From NCBI GenBank assembly GCA_023146135.1, contig JAGLCR010000019.1, forward strand, positions 7,529 to 71,528: a DNA stretch of 64,000 nt, given 5' to 3'. The DNA is from Bacteroidales bacterium. Its GTDB lineage: Bacteria > Bacteroidota > Bacteroidia > Bacteroidales > UBA1556. The translations under genes and the position numbers were made by a program. The notes beneath the pieces are model-generated. The model did no database searches. It was not told where the DNA came from and worked only from the letters and a program-made list of their open reading frames with translations. Of the stretch, positions 1 to 10,085 are shown one piece after another (position 1 is the first letter of the stretch; each line of letters begins with the position of its first letter).

Positions 1-585
1 TTAGCACATGCAGGTTATTTTCCTAAAAACGAACTTATTACACTTCGTAAATTAGGAAGCCGCTTACAAGGACATCCTGGTCGCGACCATGGATTGCCTG
101 GTTTGGAATTATCAGCAGGCTCGCTAGGTCAAGGATTATCTGTTGCCATAGGAATGGCACTTATAGCAAAGCTTGACAAAAAAAACTGGTGTACGTTTTG
201 CATCCTTGGTGATGGCGAATTGCAGGAAGGTAGTGTTTGGGAAGCAGCAATGAGTGCTGCACATTATAAGCTTGATAACTTGATTGCATTAGTAGATCGA
301 AATAAAGTACAAATTGATGGGGACACTGAAAGTGTAATGAAATTGGAACCCTTAAAGAAAAAATGGGAATCCTTTGGCTGGCACGTTTTGGAATGTGATG
401 GAAATAATATGCAAGAAATTGTTGATTCATATACTTCTGCTAAGAAAATAAAGAATAAACCAATAGTGATTATTGCCCACACAAAAATGGGGGCTGGAGT
501 TCCAGAGATTGAAGGTAATTACCAATGGCATGGAAAAGCCCCATCTGATAAAGATATAGAGAATTGGAAAAATAATTTGAAATAA
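1..585 (+). CDS. Transketolase N-terminal (TPP-binding) subunit, 5'-truncated by window edge
   Basis: Frame is open from base 1 (LAHAGYFP..LRKLGSRLQGHP); motifs GSLGQG and GDGELQEG..N (TPP-binding) and WHGKAP. Confidence 0.93.
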   Translation, partial: LAHAGYFPKNELITLRKLGSRLQGHPGRDHGLPGLELSAGSLGQGLSVAIGMALIAKLDKKNWCTFCILGDGELQEGSVWEAAMSAAHYKLDNLIALVDRNKVQIDGDTESVMKLEPLKKKWESFGWHVLECDGNNMQEIVDSYTSAKKIKNKPIVIIAHTKMGAGVPEIEGNYQWHGKAPSDKDIENWKNNLK

Positions 586-589
586 AACA

Positions 590-1546
590 ATGGAAAAAGT
601 TGATTTTATTGGAAACATATCTACTAAGCAAGGATTTGGTGAAGGCTTGAAAATAGCAGGAGCACACAACCCAAATGTGATTGCATTGGGAAGTGATATC
701 ACATCATCTGTGGGTATGGATATTTTTGCCAATGCTTTTCCAAACCGGTTTTATAGTTTGGGTATAGCCGAACAAAATGCTGTGGGCATAGCAACAGGAA
801 TGGCATTGAATGGCAAAATACCAATATTCTCAACCTACGGTGTTTTTGCAGCCATGCGTACACTTGACCATATACGCATATCTCTTTGTTACAATAATGT
901 ACATGTAATTATTGGTGGAGCACATGCAGGTATATCAGTTGGCCCTGACGGCGCAACACATCAAGCCCTAGAAGATATTGCAGCATTACGTGCCTTGCCA
1001 AATATTACAATTTTATCACCATGCGATGCCACACAAACTCGATTGGCTACCATTGCGGCAATAGAAAAATTAAACGGGCCTGTGTACATTCGATTTGGCC
1101 GAGAACCCATGCCCAACTTTACAATTGATACTCAAAATTTTGAAATTGGAAAAGCACAAACATTGCGACAAGGCAATGACATATGCATAATTGCTACTGG
1201 GCATTTAGTATGGGAAAGTATTTTGGCAGCTGAAGAACTTGCTAAACAAGGAGTTTCAGCTATGATATTAAACATGCATACCATAAAACCCATCGATAAA
1301 AATGCTATTATTGAGGCAGCAAAACAAACAGGAGCTATTATTACTGCTGAAGAACATCAAATAACAGGAGGGCTTGGCAGTGCTGTTGCTGAAGTTATTG
1401 TAAAACACCATCCTACCCCAATGGATTTTGTAGGCATGCCAAATTCATTTGGAGAATCTGGCAAAGCGCTTGAACTAATGGAAAAATACGGAATGAATGC
1501 ACAAGCAATTGTTCAAAAAGCTTTATCAATTATTAAAAGAAAATAA
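590..1546 (+). CDS. Transketolase C-terminal subunit (pyrimidine-binding and C-terminal domains)
   Basis: GIAEQN, GPDGATHQ, GPVYIRFGR and EEH..GGLGSAVAE motifs; 4 bp downstream of the N-terminal subunit. Confidence 0.93.
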   Translation: MEKVDFIGNISTKQGFGEGLKIAGAHNPNVIALGSDITSSVGMDIFANAFPNRFYSLGIAEQNAVGIATGMALNGKIPIFSTYGVFAAMRTLDHIRISLCYNNVHVIIGGAHAGISVGPDGATHQALEDIAALRALPNITILSPCDATQTRLATIAAIEKLNGPVYIRFGREPMPNFTIDTQNFEIGKAQTLRQGNDICIIATGHLVWESILAAEELAKQGVSAMILNMHTIKPIDKNAIIEAAKQTGAIITAEEHQITGGLGSAVAEVIVKHHPTPMDFVGMPNSFGESGKALELMEKYGMNAQAIVQKALSIIKRK

Positions 1547-1547
1547 G

Positions 1548-2315
1548 ATGACTAAATATATTCAACCTATTTTAATGCTTTTGATTTTGGCTAGTTATAC
1601 TACCTTAATTAACACACCACAAGACCAAATTAAAGTAGCGAATCACAGCACCATATCAAAAAATTACTTATTGGGGAAAGTAAGTCCTAGCAAAGATTCT
1701 AAATTTTCTAAAATTGAAAAACCATATACTTTAAAAAGCAACATATATATGCTTAACGAAGCATATTTGGCTTATACGAAAATGTATGCAGCTGCAGCAA
1801 AGGAAGGTTTAGACTTAAAAATCATTTCTGCATTTCGAAGTTTCAATCATCAAAAATCAATTTGGGAAGCAAAATGGACGGGTGCTCGTAAAGTACTCGG
1901 AAAAGATCTAAGCAAAGCATATCAGAATGCTGAAGCAAGAGCTAAAGTAATTCTACTATTCTCCTCAATGCCCGGTACATCTAGACATCATTGGGGTACT
2001 GATATCGATATTTACAGTTTGGAAGATGCTGACTTTTTGCAAGGAAAAGGAAAAGATATATATACTTGGCTAGTGCAAAATGCACATACCTTTGGTTACT
2101 GTCAAGTTTACACTCCTAAACCCGAAACAAGAACATCTGGCTACGAAGAAGAAAAATGGCATTGGTCGTACTTACCTATGGCAAAAGAGTATTTATTAGA
2201 ATACCAGAAACACATAAAACATAAAGATATTAAGGGATTTAAAGGGGACCGTGTGGCCGAAAAAATTAATGTGATAGATAACTATGTTTTAGGAATAAAC
2301 CCTGATTGTAAATAA
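1548..2315 (+). CDS. Exported M15B-family D-alanyl-D-alanine carboxypeptidase (VanY-like)
   Basis: ISAFRS, PGTSRHHWGTDID (SxH..D) and EKWHW (ExxH) zinc motifs; start set to ATG 1548, which gives a hydrophobic N-terminus. Confidence 0.85.
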   Translation: MTKYIQPILMLLILASYTTLINTPQDQIKVANHSTISKNYLLGKVSPSKDSKFSKIEKPYTLKSNIYMLNEAYLAYTKMYAAAAKEGLDLKIISAFRSFNHQKSIWEAKWTGARKVLGKDLSKAYQNAEARAKVILLFSSMPGTSRHHWGTDIDIYSLEDADFLQGKGKDIYTWLVQNAHTFGYCQVYTPKPETRTSGYEEEKWHWSYLPMAKEYLLEYQKHIKHKDIKGFKGDRVAEKINVIDNYVLGINPDCK

Positions 2316-2373
2316 TCATGTATTCCATTGTAAAAAGTCAAAAATAAAATATTCACTATAAAAGGAACTAAGC

Positions 2374-2381
2374 TATATTTG
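2374..2381 (+). promoter_or_regulatory. Bacteroidota sigma-70 -7 box (TATATTTG) upstream of ugd
   Basis: Matches TAnnTTTG consensus in intergenic DNA. Confidence 0.5.
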
Positions 2382-2448
2382 GCAAAAGAAATAATCGTTC
2401 AGTGCATTTTATACGATATTGACATAAAAGAAACTAACATTGCGTATT

Positions 2449-3768
2449 ATGAAAGTAACAGTAGTAGGAACAGGATATGTAGGATTAGTAACAGGAGCAT
2501 GCTTCGCAGAAGTAGGTATTAATGTTACATGCGTAGATATAGATAAAAAGAAAATTGACAATCTCAACAAAGGTATTATTCCTATTTGGGAGCCAGGATT
2601 AGAACCTATGGTTAAGCGCAATTATGATGCTGGCCGCTTACATTTTACCACAGAATTATCATCAGTAATTAAAGATACTGACGTGGTTTTTGGTGCAGTT
2701 GGAACCCCTCCAGATGAAGATGGAAGCGCTGATTTACAATATGTTTTAGGTGTTGCTCGTGAAGTAGGTCAGCATATAAGCAAACATATACTAATGGTAA
2801 CCAAAAGTACCGTTCCAGTAGGCACTGCGGAGAAAGTTCGTAATGCTATGCAGCAAGAATTAGATAAACGTGGTGTGAATATTGAATTTGATGTAGCATC
2901 AAATCCTGAGTTTTTGAAAGAAGGTGATGCTGTAAATGATTTCTTAAAACCTGATCGTATTGTGGTAGGTGTTGAGTCAACAAAGGCAGAGGAGATAATG
3001 TCTCGACTTTATAAGCCTTTTACCATGAATGGCCACCCGGTAATATTTATGGATGTACCTTCAGCCGAAATGACAAAGTATGCTGCCAATTCAATGCTAG
3101 CTACTAAGATAAGCTTTATGAATGACATTGCCAACCTATGTGAAATTATGGGAGCGGATGTAAATATGGTTCGTCGTGGAATTGGGTCTGATAGCCGAAT
3201 TGGGAATAAATTTATTTACCCAGGAATTGGTTATGGTGGCTCCTGCTTTCCAAAAGATGTAAAGGCACTAATTAAAACAGCTGATGAAAATGACTATAGT
3301 ATGCGTATTCTTAAAGCTGTAGAAGAGGTTAATGAAAGCCAAAAATCAAGACTTTTCTATAAAGCTCAAAGTTATTTCGGAGACCTAAAAGGAAAAACAT
3401 TTGCACTATGGGGATTATCATTTAAGCCAAAAACTGATGATATGCGTGAGGCTCCTGCCTTGGTATTAATTGATAGACTTATTGAGCATGGTGCAAAAGT
3501 AAAAGCTTACGATCCTGTAGCGATGAAAGAAGCCAAACGACGTATTGGTGATAAAATAGAATACACCGATGATCCTTACGGCGCTTTGGTTGATGCTGAT
3601 GCACTAATGCTAGTTACAGAGTGGCCTGAGTTTCGTATGCCAAACTATGAGGTAGTAAAGAAGCTACTTAAAAATCCAGTAATTTTTGATGGCCGAAATG
3701 TATATGATGCCGATTTTATGAAAGAAAATGGCTTTGATTATTTCTGCATTGGAATAGAAAAGAAATAG
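2449..3768 (+). CDS. ugd: UDP-glucose 6-dehydrogenase
   Basis: GTGYVG Rossmann motif, KSTVPVGT, SNPEFLKEG, GYGGSCFPKD catalytic Cys, FKPKTDDMRE. Confidence 0.95.
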   Translation: MKVTVVGTGYVGLVTGACFAEVGINVTCVDIDKKKIDNLNKGIIPIWEPGLEPMVKRNYDAGRLHFTTELSSVIKDTDVVFGAVGTPPDEDGSADLQYVLGVAREVGQHISKHILMVTKSTVPVGTAEKVRNAMQQELDKRGVNIEFDVASNPEFLKEGDAVNDFLKPDRIVVGVESTKAEEIMSRLYKPFTMNGHPVIFMDVPSAEMTKYAANSMLATKISFMNDIANLCEIMGADVNMVRRGIGSDSRIGNKFIYPGIGYGGSCFPKDVKALIKTADENDYSMRILKAVEEVNESQKSRLFYKAQSYFGDLKGKTFALWGLSFKPKTDDMREAPALVLIDRLIEHGAKVKAYDPVAMKEAKRRIGDKIEYTDDPYGALVDADALMLVTEWPEFRMPNYEVVKKLLKNPVIFDGRNVYDADFMKENGFDYFCIGIEKK

Positions 3769-3804
3769 CTATATTTCCATATATACTATTCACATAAAAT
3801 TAAG

Positions 3805-3840
3805 GAGGGGGTGCTGTTATAGGCACCTCTTTGCTTTTGT
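3805..3840 (+). terminator. Probable intrinsic terminator after ugd
   Basis: GAGGGGGTGC-loop-GCACCTCTTT stem (with G-U pairs) followed by a T-rich tract. Confidence 0.6.
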
Positions 3841-4006
3841 TGCTATCATCAATTATAAGCTCACTTTGGCAAGCAAATATATCCATTGATTTTGCATTCA
3901 ATAATAAAATCCAAACTAGTTTGGGATATGTACAATAAAGCCTTATTTTTGAAGTTTTAAAGCGAGGTGTTTTTACTTTTTATAAACAACTAATAAGGTA
4001 TCATTT

Positions 4007-4855
4007 ATGTTAGGTTTTATTACAGACAAGCGATTCTACATACATTTAGTAATTCTTATATTTTTAGGAATAGGTATCTTATTTGGCACTATTTATTCGT
4101 TGAAGGATTTTACTCGCCATGGCGAAGAAATTTCTGTACCTGATTTTTCCGGTTTATTATTCGAAGATCTTGTTCCCGACCCAGCCTATAAAAACTTTAA
4201 TTTTAGCATTATAGATTCTATCTTTGATGAAAATAGGGAGAAAGGCTCGGTAATTTCTCAAAATCCAAAAGCCAGCTCAAAAGTAAAAGCAGGTCGAAAC
4301 ATCTATATCACCATCGTAGCATATACCCCTGAACAGGTTGAAATGCCAAACCTAATTGATTTAAGCAAGCGAAGTGCTTCTTCCCTATTGGAGACTTATG
4401 GATTAAAAATATCGAAGCTTAGCTATAGACCTGACATTGCAAAAAATGCAGTTTTAGAGCAAAAATATTTGGGTGAAGATATCGAACCTGGACAAAATAT
4501 TATTAAAGGATCTTCTATTGAATTAGTTTTAGGACAAGGTGAGCAAAAAGAACTTATTCCAGTTCCACTTGTGTTAGGGAAAACCCACCAACAGGCTGTT
4601 GAAGAAATTCACAATGCTTCATTAAATATTGGTAAAGAGCATTTTGAAGTTGGTGATGATAGTACAACAGCACGTGTGTACCGTCAATCACCTCACTATA
4701 ATAAAAACAGAGTCGCTCGTTTTGGCACCAGTATTGAACTTTGGTATAAATCAGATGAGCATTTCGATTTCGATGCTTTATTAAACACCACAAAACCTTC
4801 GCATGTGGATACCATAATTGAAAATAGAGTTGACACTAATTCTGTGGAACTATAA
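4007..4855 (+). CDS. Membrane-anchored PASTA-domain protein (about 3 PASTA repeats)
   Basis: N-terminal TM helix; repeats VPDFSGL / MPNLIDL / VPLVLGK each followed by V.xQ.P. Confidence 0.88.
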   Translation: MLGFITDKRFYIHLVILIFLGIGILFGTIYSLKDFTRHGEEISVPDFSGLLFEDLVPDPAYKNFNFSIIDSIFDENREKGSVISQNPKASSKVKAGRNIYITIVAYTPEQVEMPNLIDLSKRSASSLLETYGLKISKLSYRPDIAKNAVLEQKYLGEDIEPGQNIIKGSSIELVLGQGEQKELIPVPLVLGKTHQQAVEEIHNASLNIGKEHFEVGDDSTTARVYRQSPHYNKNRVARFGTSIELWYKSDEHFDFDALLNTTKPSHVDTIIENRVDTNSVEL

Positions 4856-6783
4856 TGAATAATATGAAACTAATTATCATACTGTCTTTTCTGCTTGTTT
4901 TTTCACTGGCAAAAGCCCAAGAGCAAATTGTTCCCTTGAGTGGTAACCCCACGCTTATTAACACAAAGCAGGTTTCACAGCAAAGTACAAAAACACATAA
5001 AAAAGGCACTACTCCCGCTATTAAACTTCCATTTATTGATGATTTTAGCAAGCCTGGTTATTTTCCCTATAAAAACTTATGGGAAGACAGCTATGTATTT
5101 ATTAATAAATCGTATGCAATAAATCCACCAAGTATAGGTGTAGCCACATTTGATGGTACAGATAATAATGGTCGTGTATATAGTAATATGTCAACCTACC
5201 CAACAATTGCAGACACTCTTACTTCTAATGATATACGTCTTGACACCTTATTTATTACAAACACAAAGATGACCCCTGCCGACTCGGTATATTTAAGCTT
5301 CTATGTGCAGCCACAAGGATTTGGTGATGCACCTCAAGAAGGAGATTCCATTACTTTAGAGTTTTATGATCAGAATAAAGACAAATGGATTCATGCATGG
5401 GGAATGGAAGGAATGCCATTGGATACACTTAAAAAATATTATGGAGTTGATTTTTTGCATGTACTAATACCTATTAAAGACACTATATTTTTTGGGCCAA
5501 GGTTCAAATTTAGATTTCTAAATTACGCAAGCATACCTGGTTCAAACATTCCAAGTTGGAGATCTGGCGTTTACGATCATTGGAATTTAGACTACATTAT
5601 TCTTGATGCTAATCGATCATATGACGATATTTATTTTAATGATGTAAGCATTTCCGGGAAATTAACTACCCTATTAAACGATTACCAATCAATGCCATGG
5701 AACCAGTTCTTAGCTAATGCTTCTTCAGAAATGGATCATTCAAAACAAATTGAATTTACAAGGCAAGATGAAATATTAGGCCCCATAAATGTGGCGCAAT
5801 ATTTTGGGATATATCCACTGGATTATACTACTATTCCTTTTCATCCACCTTCAAATCCAGCATCAATCAATATGACCACACCTACTTTGGATTTTGCCCC
5901 AAACTATACAACATATACCTACAATTCTACTGCAACAACTTATGCAGATTTTAAAGTGGAAGTACAGGTGCTTCATAATCCTGATATTATTCGAAGTAAT
6001 GACACATTAAAATTCTTTCAACGTTTTTACAATTATTATGCATACGATGATGGAGTGCCTGAAGCGGGTTATGGCCTATCTACTGCCAACGGTCAATTAG
6101 CTATTAAATTTAAAACAAATATTGCCGACTCCATTCAATCTGTGCAGTTCTATTTTAATCAAACATTGGCTGCTGCAAATCAACAGTACTTTGACATTCA
6201 GATATGGAATGATAATGGAGGGGCACCTGGCACAGTAATCTATACTCAAAGTAGCGTACGACCCGAGTTTAGTGATGACCTATTTAAGTTTCATACTTAC
6301 GTATTGGATAATGCAGTTGCTGTAAATGGAACTTTTTACGTGGGATGGAAACAAAGCACAAAAGACAATCTGAATCTTGGTTGGGATTATAATAATAACA
6401 ATATGGACAATGTTTTTTATAATGTGACTGGCAATTGGTATAATTCATCTTTCGAAGGAACAGCAATGATACGTCCAATACTTGGCTCAGATGATCAGGC
6501 ATATGTGGGTATTCCAAGCAAAACTAATGATGATATTTCCTTAGTAATTGCCCCCAACCCTATACATAGCAATTACTTACAATTATCACTTTCTGGTAAT
6601 AAGAATTACAATAATGAAGATTATCACATACGTATTTTCAATATTAACGGTCAGTTAATAATTGAAAGTAATTATCAAAACAAAATTGACGTAAGCAATT
6701 TACAATCGGGAATTTATCTTATTCAGCTATTTACAACAAATGGCCAAACTCAAATAAGTAAAAAGTTCATTATCAATAAATAA
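4855..6783 (+). CDS. Secreted protein with T9SS type A C-terminal sorting domain
   Basis: Signal peptide; LPFIDDFS and YAYDDG..E motifs; C-terminal IAPNP...IFNINGQ...LQSGIYLI...KKFII. Confidence 0.88.
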   Translation: MNNMKLIIILSFLLVFSLAKAQEQIVPLSGNPTLINTKQVSQQSTKTHKKGTTPAIKLPFIDDFSKPGYFPYKNLWEDSYVFINKSYAINPPSIGVATFDGTDNNGRVYSNMSTYPTIADTLTSNDIRLDTLFITNTKMTPADSVYLSFYVQPQGFGDAPQEGDSITLEFYDQNKDKWIHAWGMEGMPLDTLKKYYGVDFLHVLIPIKDTIFFGPRFKFRFLNYASIPGSNIPSWRSGVYDHWNLDYIILDANRSYDDIYFNDVSISGKLTTLLNDYQSMPWNQFLANASSEMDHSKQIEFTRQDEILGPINVAQYFGIYPLDYTTIPFHPPSNPASINMTTPTLDFAPNYTTYTYNSTATTYADFKVEVQVLHNPDIIRSNDTLKFFQRFYNYYAYDDGVPEAGYGLSTANGQLAIKFKTNIADSIQSVQFYFNQTLAAANQQYFDIQIWNDNGGAPGTVIYTQSSVRPEFSDDLFKFHTYVLDNAVAVNGTFYVGWKQSTKDNLNLGWDYNNNNMDNVFYNVTGNWYNSSFEGTAMIRPILGSDDQAYVGIPSKTNDDISLVIAPNPIHSNYLQLSLSGNKNYNNEDYHIRIFNINGQLIIESNYQNKIDVSNLQSGIYLIQLFTTNGQTQISKKFIINK

Positions 6784-6787
6784 TATT

Positions 6788-7819
6788 ATGGCTGAAGAAA
6801 TTAATAAAGATATAAATACTGATCACGAATTATTTGAACATTACCGTTTTGATGTAGATCCAGGACAATCACCCGTTAGGGTTGACAAATTCCTTATGGG
6901 TAAGGTTGAAAATGTATCAAGAAATCGTATTCAAAACGCTGCCAAAGCAGGAACAATTCTAGTAAATGACAAAGCAGTAAAATCAAACTATAAAGTAAAA
7001 CCCCGCGACATCGTAACTGTAGTGATGAGCTACCCTCCTCGCGAAGTGGAGATAATACCTGAAGATATACCTGTTGAAATAATATATGAAGATGAGGATA
7101 TAATTGTAATTAATAAAGCTGCGGGCATGGTTGTTCATCCTGGTTTTAATAATTATTCAGGCACACTTCTAAATGCTATGGCTTTTCATATTGACCAAAA
7201 ATACCCTGACCACGGCGATGAAGTACAAGCACAATTGGTTCACCGGATTGATAAAAACACATCAGGAGTTTTATTAATGGCTAAGAATGAAATAGCAAAA
7301 ACCCGATTAGGAAAGCAATTTTACGACCATAGTATTGAACGAAAGTATATTGCACTTGTATGGGGTAACTTTAATGAAGAAGAAGGAACTATAGAAGGAA
7401 ATATAGGACGTAGTTTGAAGAACCGAAAGGTAATGGATGTATTTCCTGATGGAGATTTTGGTAAAACTGCGACCACTCATTATAAAGTAATAGAAAATTT
7501 TGGTTATGTAACTGCTATCGAATGCCAACTGGAAACAGGCAGAACGCACCAAATTCGTGCTCATATGAAGTTTATCGGACATCCACTTTTCAATGATGAG
7601 GTATACGGAGGAGATCGTATTTTAAAGGGTACTACTTTTAGTAAATATAAGCAGTTTATCAATAATTGTTTTAAGATAATCCCACGTCAATCACTTCATG
7701 CCAAGTCATTAGGATTTATTCATCCAAATACAGGCGAGTATATGTTTTTCGACTCAGAATTGCCTGATGATATGCAAAGTGCTTTCGATAAGTGGCGCGC
7801 CTATGGATCTAATATATAA
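6788..7819 (+). CDS. rluD: RluA-family 23S rRNA pseudouridine synthase (RluD-like, with S4 domain)
   Basis: S4 domain, NKAAGMVVHP, catalytic HRIDKNTSG, LETGRTHQIRAH. Confidence 0.9.
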   Translation: MAEEINKDINTDHELFEHYRFDVDPGQSPVRVDKFLMGKVENVSRNRIQNAAKAGTILVNDKAVKSNYKVKPRDIVTVVMSYPPREVEIIPEDIPVEIIYEDEDIIVINKAAGMVVHPGFNNYSGTLLNAMAFHIDQKYPDHGDEVQAQLVHRIDKNTSGVLLMAKNEIAKTRLGKQFYDHSIERKYIALVWGNFNEEEGTIEGNIGRSLKNRKVMDVFPDGDFGKTATTHYKVIENFGYVTAIECQLETGRTHQIRAHMKFIGHPLFNDEVYGGDRILKGTTFSKYKQFINNCFKIIPRQSLHAKSLGFIHPNTGEYMFFDSELPDDMQSAFDKWRAYGSNI

Positions 7820-7842
7820 AAACTTATAAAACAGAATTAGCC

Positions 7843-8520
7843 TTAACCCAAATCTCGTATCTTTTCAAGAAGCTTGCGGTCAATAATTTCTATCTGTTTT
7901 CCTTTTACATAAACCAAATTATCCCGACGAAATTCTGACAAAATTCGGATTACATTTTCTGGAGTCATGTCAATAAGCTCAGCTAACTCTTTGCGTGATA
8001 ATGGAAGTAAAAAAGTATCAGATTCAAAATGTTTGTTTGCAAAATCGAGCAGTATCATTGCTATTCTACCACGTAGGTTTTTGCTATTAATAGCATAAGT
8101 ATGACGAATAATCTCATCTGAAATCTTACTTATATACTTAAGAATATCTAAAGCAAACAACCCATTCTTGGCAGCTAATTGACGCATTACATCAATATCT
8201 ATTCTACAAAAACGACTATCAACTAATGCAGTAATAGTGTATTGGTAATCTTGATTTGAAAAAACGGTAAGCAAACCAACGAAATCCAAGGGTCTGGCAA
8301 CACTAACAATCTGTGCTTTTCCATCTCTACCCACTTTCTGAAGTTTAACCAGTCCTTCAACTAAATATACAAACTCTTTTATTTGCTCACCAGCAACACA
8401 TATTGTTTCTCCTTTCGAAACAAGATATGTTTGCTTATTTGAGTTAATAGTTTCAAGTTCTTCTTCGCTTAATTTGTCAAAAAGCTTTGAACGAAATTTA
8501 CAATTTTGGCAACTATCCAT
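7843..8520 (-). CDS. Crp/Fnr-family transcriptional regulator
   Basis: cNMP-binding-like domain; C-terminal HTH LSRKELAELIDMTPENVIRILSEF; N-terminal CxxC. Confidence 0.9.
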   Translation of the reverse strand: MDSCQNCKFRSKLFDKLSEEELETINSNKQTYLVSKGETICVAGEQIKEFVYLVEGLVKLQKVGRDGKAQIVSVARPLDFVGLLTVFSNQDYQYTITALVDSRFCRIDIDVMRQLAAKNGLFALDILKYISKISDEIIRHTYAINSKNLRGRIAMILLDFANKHFESDTFLLPLSRKELAELIDMTPENVIRILSEFRRDNLVYVKGKQIEIIDRKLLEKIRDLG

Positions 8521-8633
8521 GTCAATGTTTTCAATTTTTACAAAACTATAAAATAAAAAGGATATAAAAAAATATAATATTAATCATTTTTTTCTTATAA
8601 ATAATAATTCTTGATTAGATGCGAATTACCCAA

Positions 8634-10085
8634 TTAAATAGGAGCAATAAAACTCAAGAAGAAGCCAGATTCACCTTTATGATTCACCCCTACTTCAAAG
8701 CGAGCTACCGCATCATAATAAGTTACAAAGTCGAGCCCTATACCTGAGCCATAAATATATCTATTGGGCAGTTTGTTTGAAGAATCACTGTAGGGAGCAT
8801 TTACATATCCAGCATCGAAAAATAGATTTAAATAAAAAGCATAAGGAATCGTATTAAACTTCTCTGTTTTCACAAAGTTCATTTTCACCTTACGAGGAGG
8901 AACTATTGCAAATTTAATATTCATTTTAAGTAAAGCAAAGTCATTACCCTCAATCACATAGTACTGATAAGCTCTTACATAATCGCGGCCATAACCTAAA
9001 GCTCTATTAAAAACATATGGTTGCATTTGAGAACCTGCACTTTTTTTACCAATAAGACCTATTGCATAATACCATCGTTGGCTTAAAGTCCAGTACCTCC
9101 TAAGTGTTGTATGAAAGTTCCAAATATCCAATCCGTTATCAAAAAAACCTAGTCCATATTTCCTTACTTCCAAATCGGCATAATAACCTGCCAAAGGATA
9201 GGATTTATAGTCTCGTCGGTCGTATTTGAATTTCATATTCACTCCCATATATTGCAAATCACCATCCGTCGAAGGTGCATAGTCAGGATTACTAATTATA
9301 AGACTATCAGCAAATTCAAATTGCCTGTATCGCAATTGGGCAATGGCTGTAAAAAAATAATTTGGGCGGTAACTAATATGCACAGAAGAAAGTAAATCAC
9401 GCTGTATAGCTTGATCGTCTAGTTTCAAATACACCTGCTTATCAAATACTGTTTTATAATTTACTTCGTGGCGAAGGGTATAAATCGTTTGAAACCCCAA
9501 ACCAATAGTCCCTTTTTTGTTAACATAGGGCGCCGAATATGAGAACCCAATCTTCTGATTATAGCCCCCCATAAGAAGGATTTTCACTTCTTCTCTCCTA
9601 CCGCGAAAATTATTATGGGTAAGAAACAGCCCCACACTTGCACGAGATAAATCACGTGTTTCCCACCAAGCATTAAAGTTTCTTTCATCCACCTCAAAAA
9701 CGGGTACTGGCCATATATACCAACGTTCAATCACTTTTACTACAATATCCATCAGCCCATTTTCTCTGGCTATAGCACTAATACCAACACGATTAAAAAG
9801 TGTAGTATTAAACAAATTTTCAGCAGATTGCTTTCGTAAATTTGTCCAATCCTTAGCCATTATACTATCGCCTTGGACAAATAATAACTCTCGAAGCAAT
9901 ATCCGATCTTTTGTTTTATGATTTCCTTCAAAAAGTATTTTACCCACCACGAAATCATGATACACTGTTTCCTCCTCAGATATTTGCGCACCCACAAAAG
10001 TAGTGTCCTTCACCTGTGCCTGAGTCGTTGAATTGACAATAAAGAAAGTCAAAAGAAAGAATATGTAAAGAGAAGTTTTAAACAT
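8634..10085 (-). CDS. Omp85/BamA-TamA-family outer-membrane protein with a single POTRA domain
   Basis: Signal peptide; POTRA motif ILFEGNHKTKDRILLREL; barrel with VRAY (VRGY-like) motif and FFDAG strand. Confidence 0.8.
   Translation of the reverse strand: MFKTSLYIFFLLTFFIVNSTTQAQVKDTTFVGAQISEEETVYHDFVVGKILFEGNHKTKDRILLRELLFVQGDSIMAKDWTNLRKQSAENLFNTTLFNRVGISAIARENGLMDIVVKVIERWYIWPVPVFEVDERNFNAWWETRDLSRASVGLFLTHNNFRGRREEVKILLMGGYNQKIGFSYSAPYVNKKGTIGLGFQTIYTLRHEVNYKTVFDKQVYLKLDDQAIQRDLLSSVHISYRPNYFFTAIAQLRYRQFEFADSLIISNPDYAPSTDGDLQYMGVNMKFKYDRRDYKSYPLAGYYADLEVRKYGLGFFDNGLDIWNFHTTLRRYWTLSQRWYYAIGLIGKKSAGSQMQPYVFNRALGYGRDYVRAYQYYVIEGNDFALLKMNIKFAIVPPRKVKMNFVKTEKFNTIPYAFYLNLFFDAGYVNAPYSDSSNKLPNRYIYGSGIGLDFVTYYDAVARFEVGVNHKGESGFFLSFIAPI

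Noticed and set aside
1-1546. Transketolase split into two ORFs as a frameshifted pseudogene
   Set aside because: Two-subunit transketolases are a normal family; both halves have intact motifs and clean ends
1548-2315. VanY-like gene as a vancomycin-resistance determinant
   Set aside because: No vanHAX or vanRS nearby; M15B carboxypeptidases are ordinary wall-remodelling enzymes
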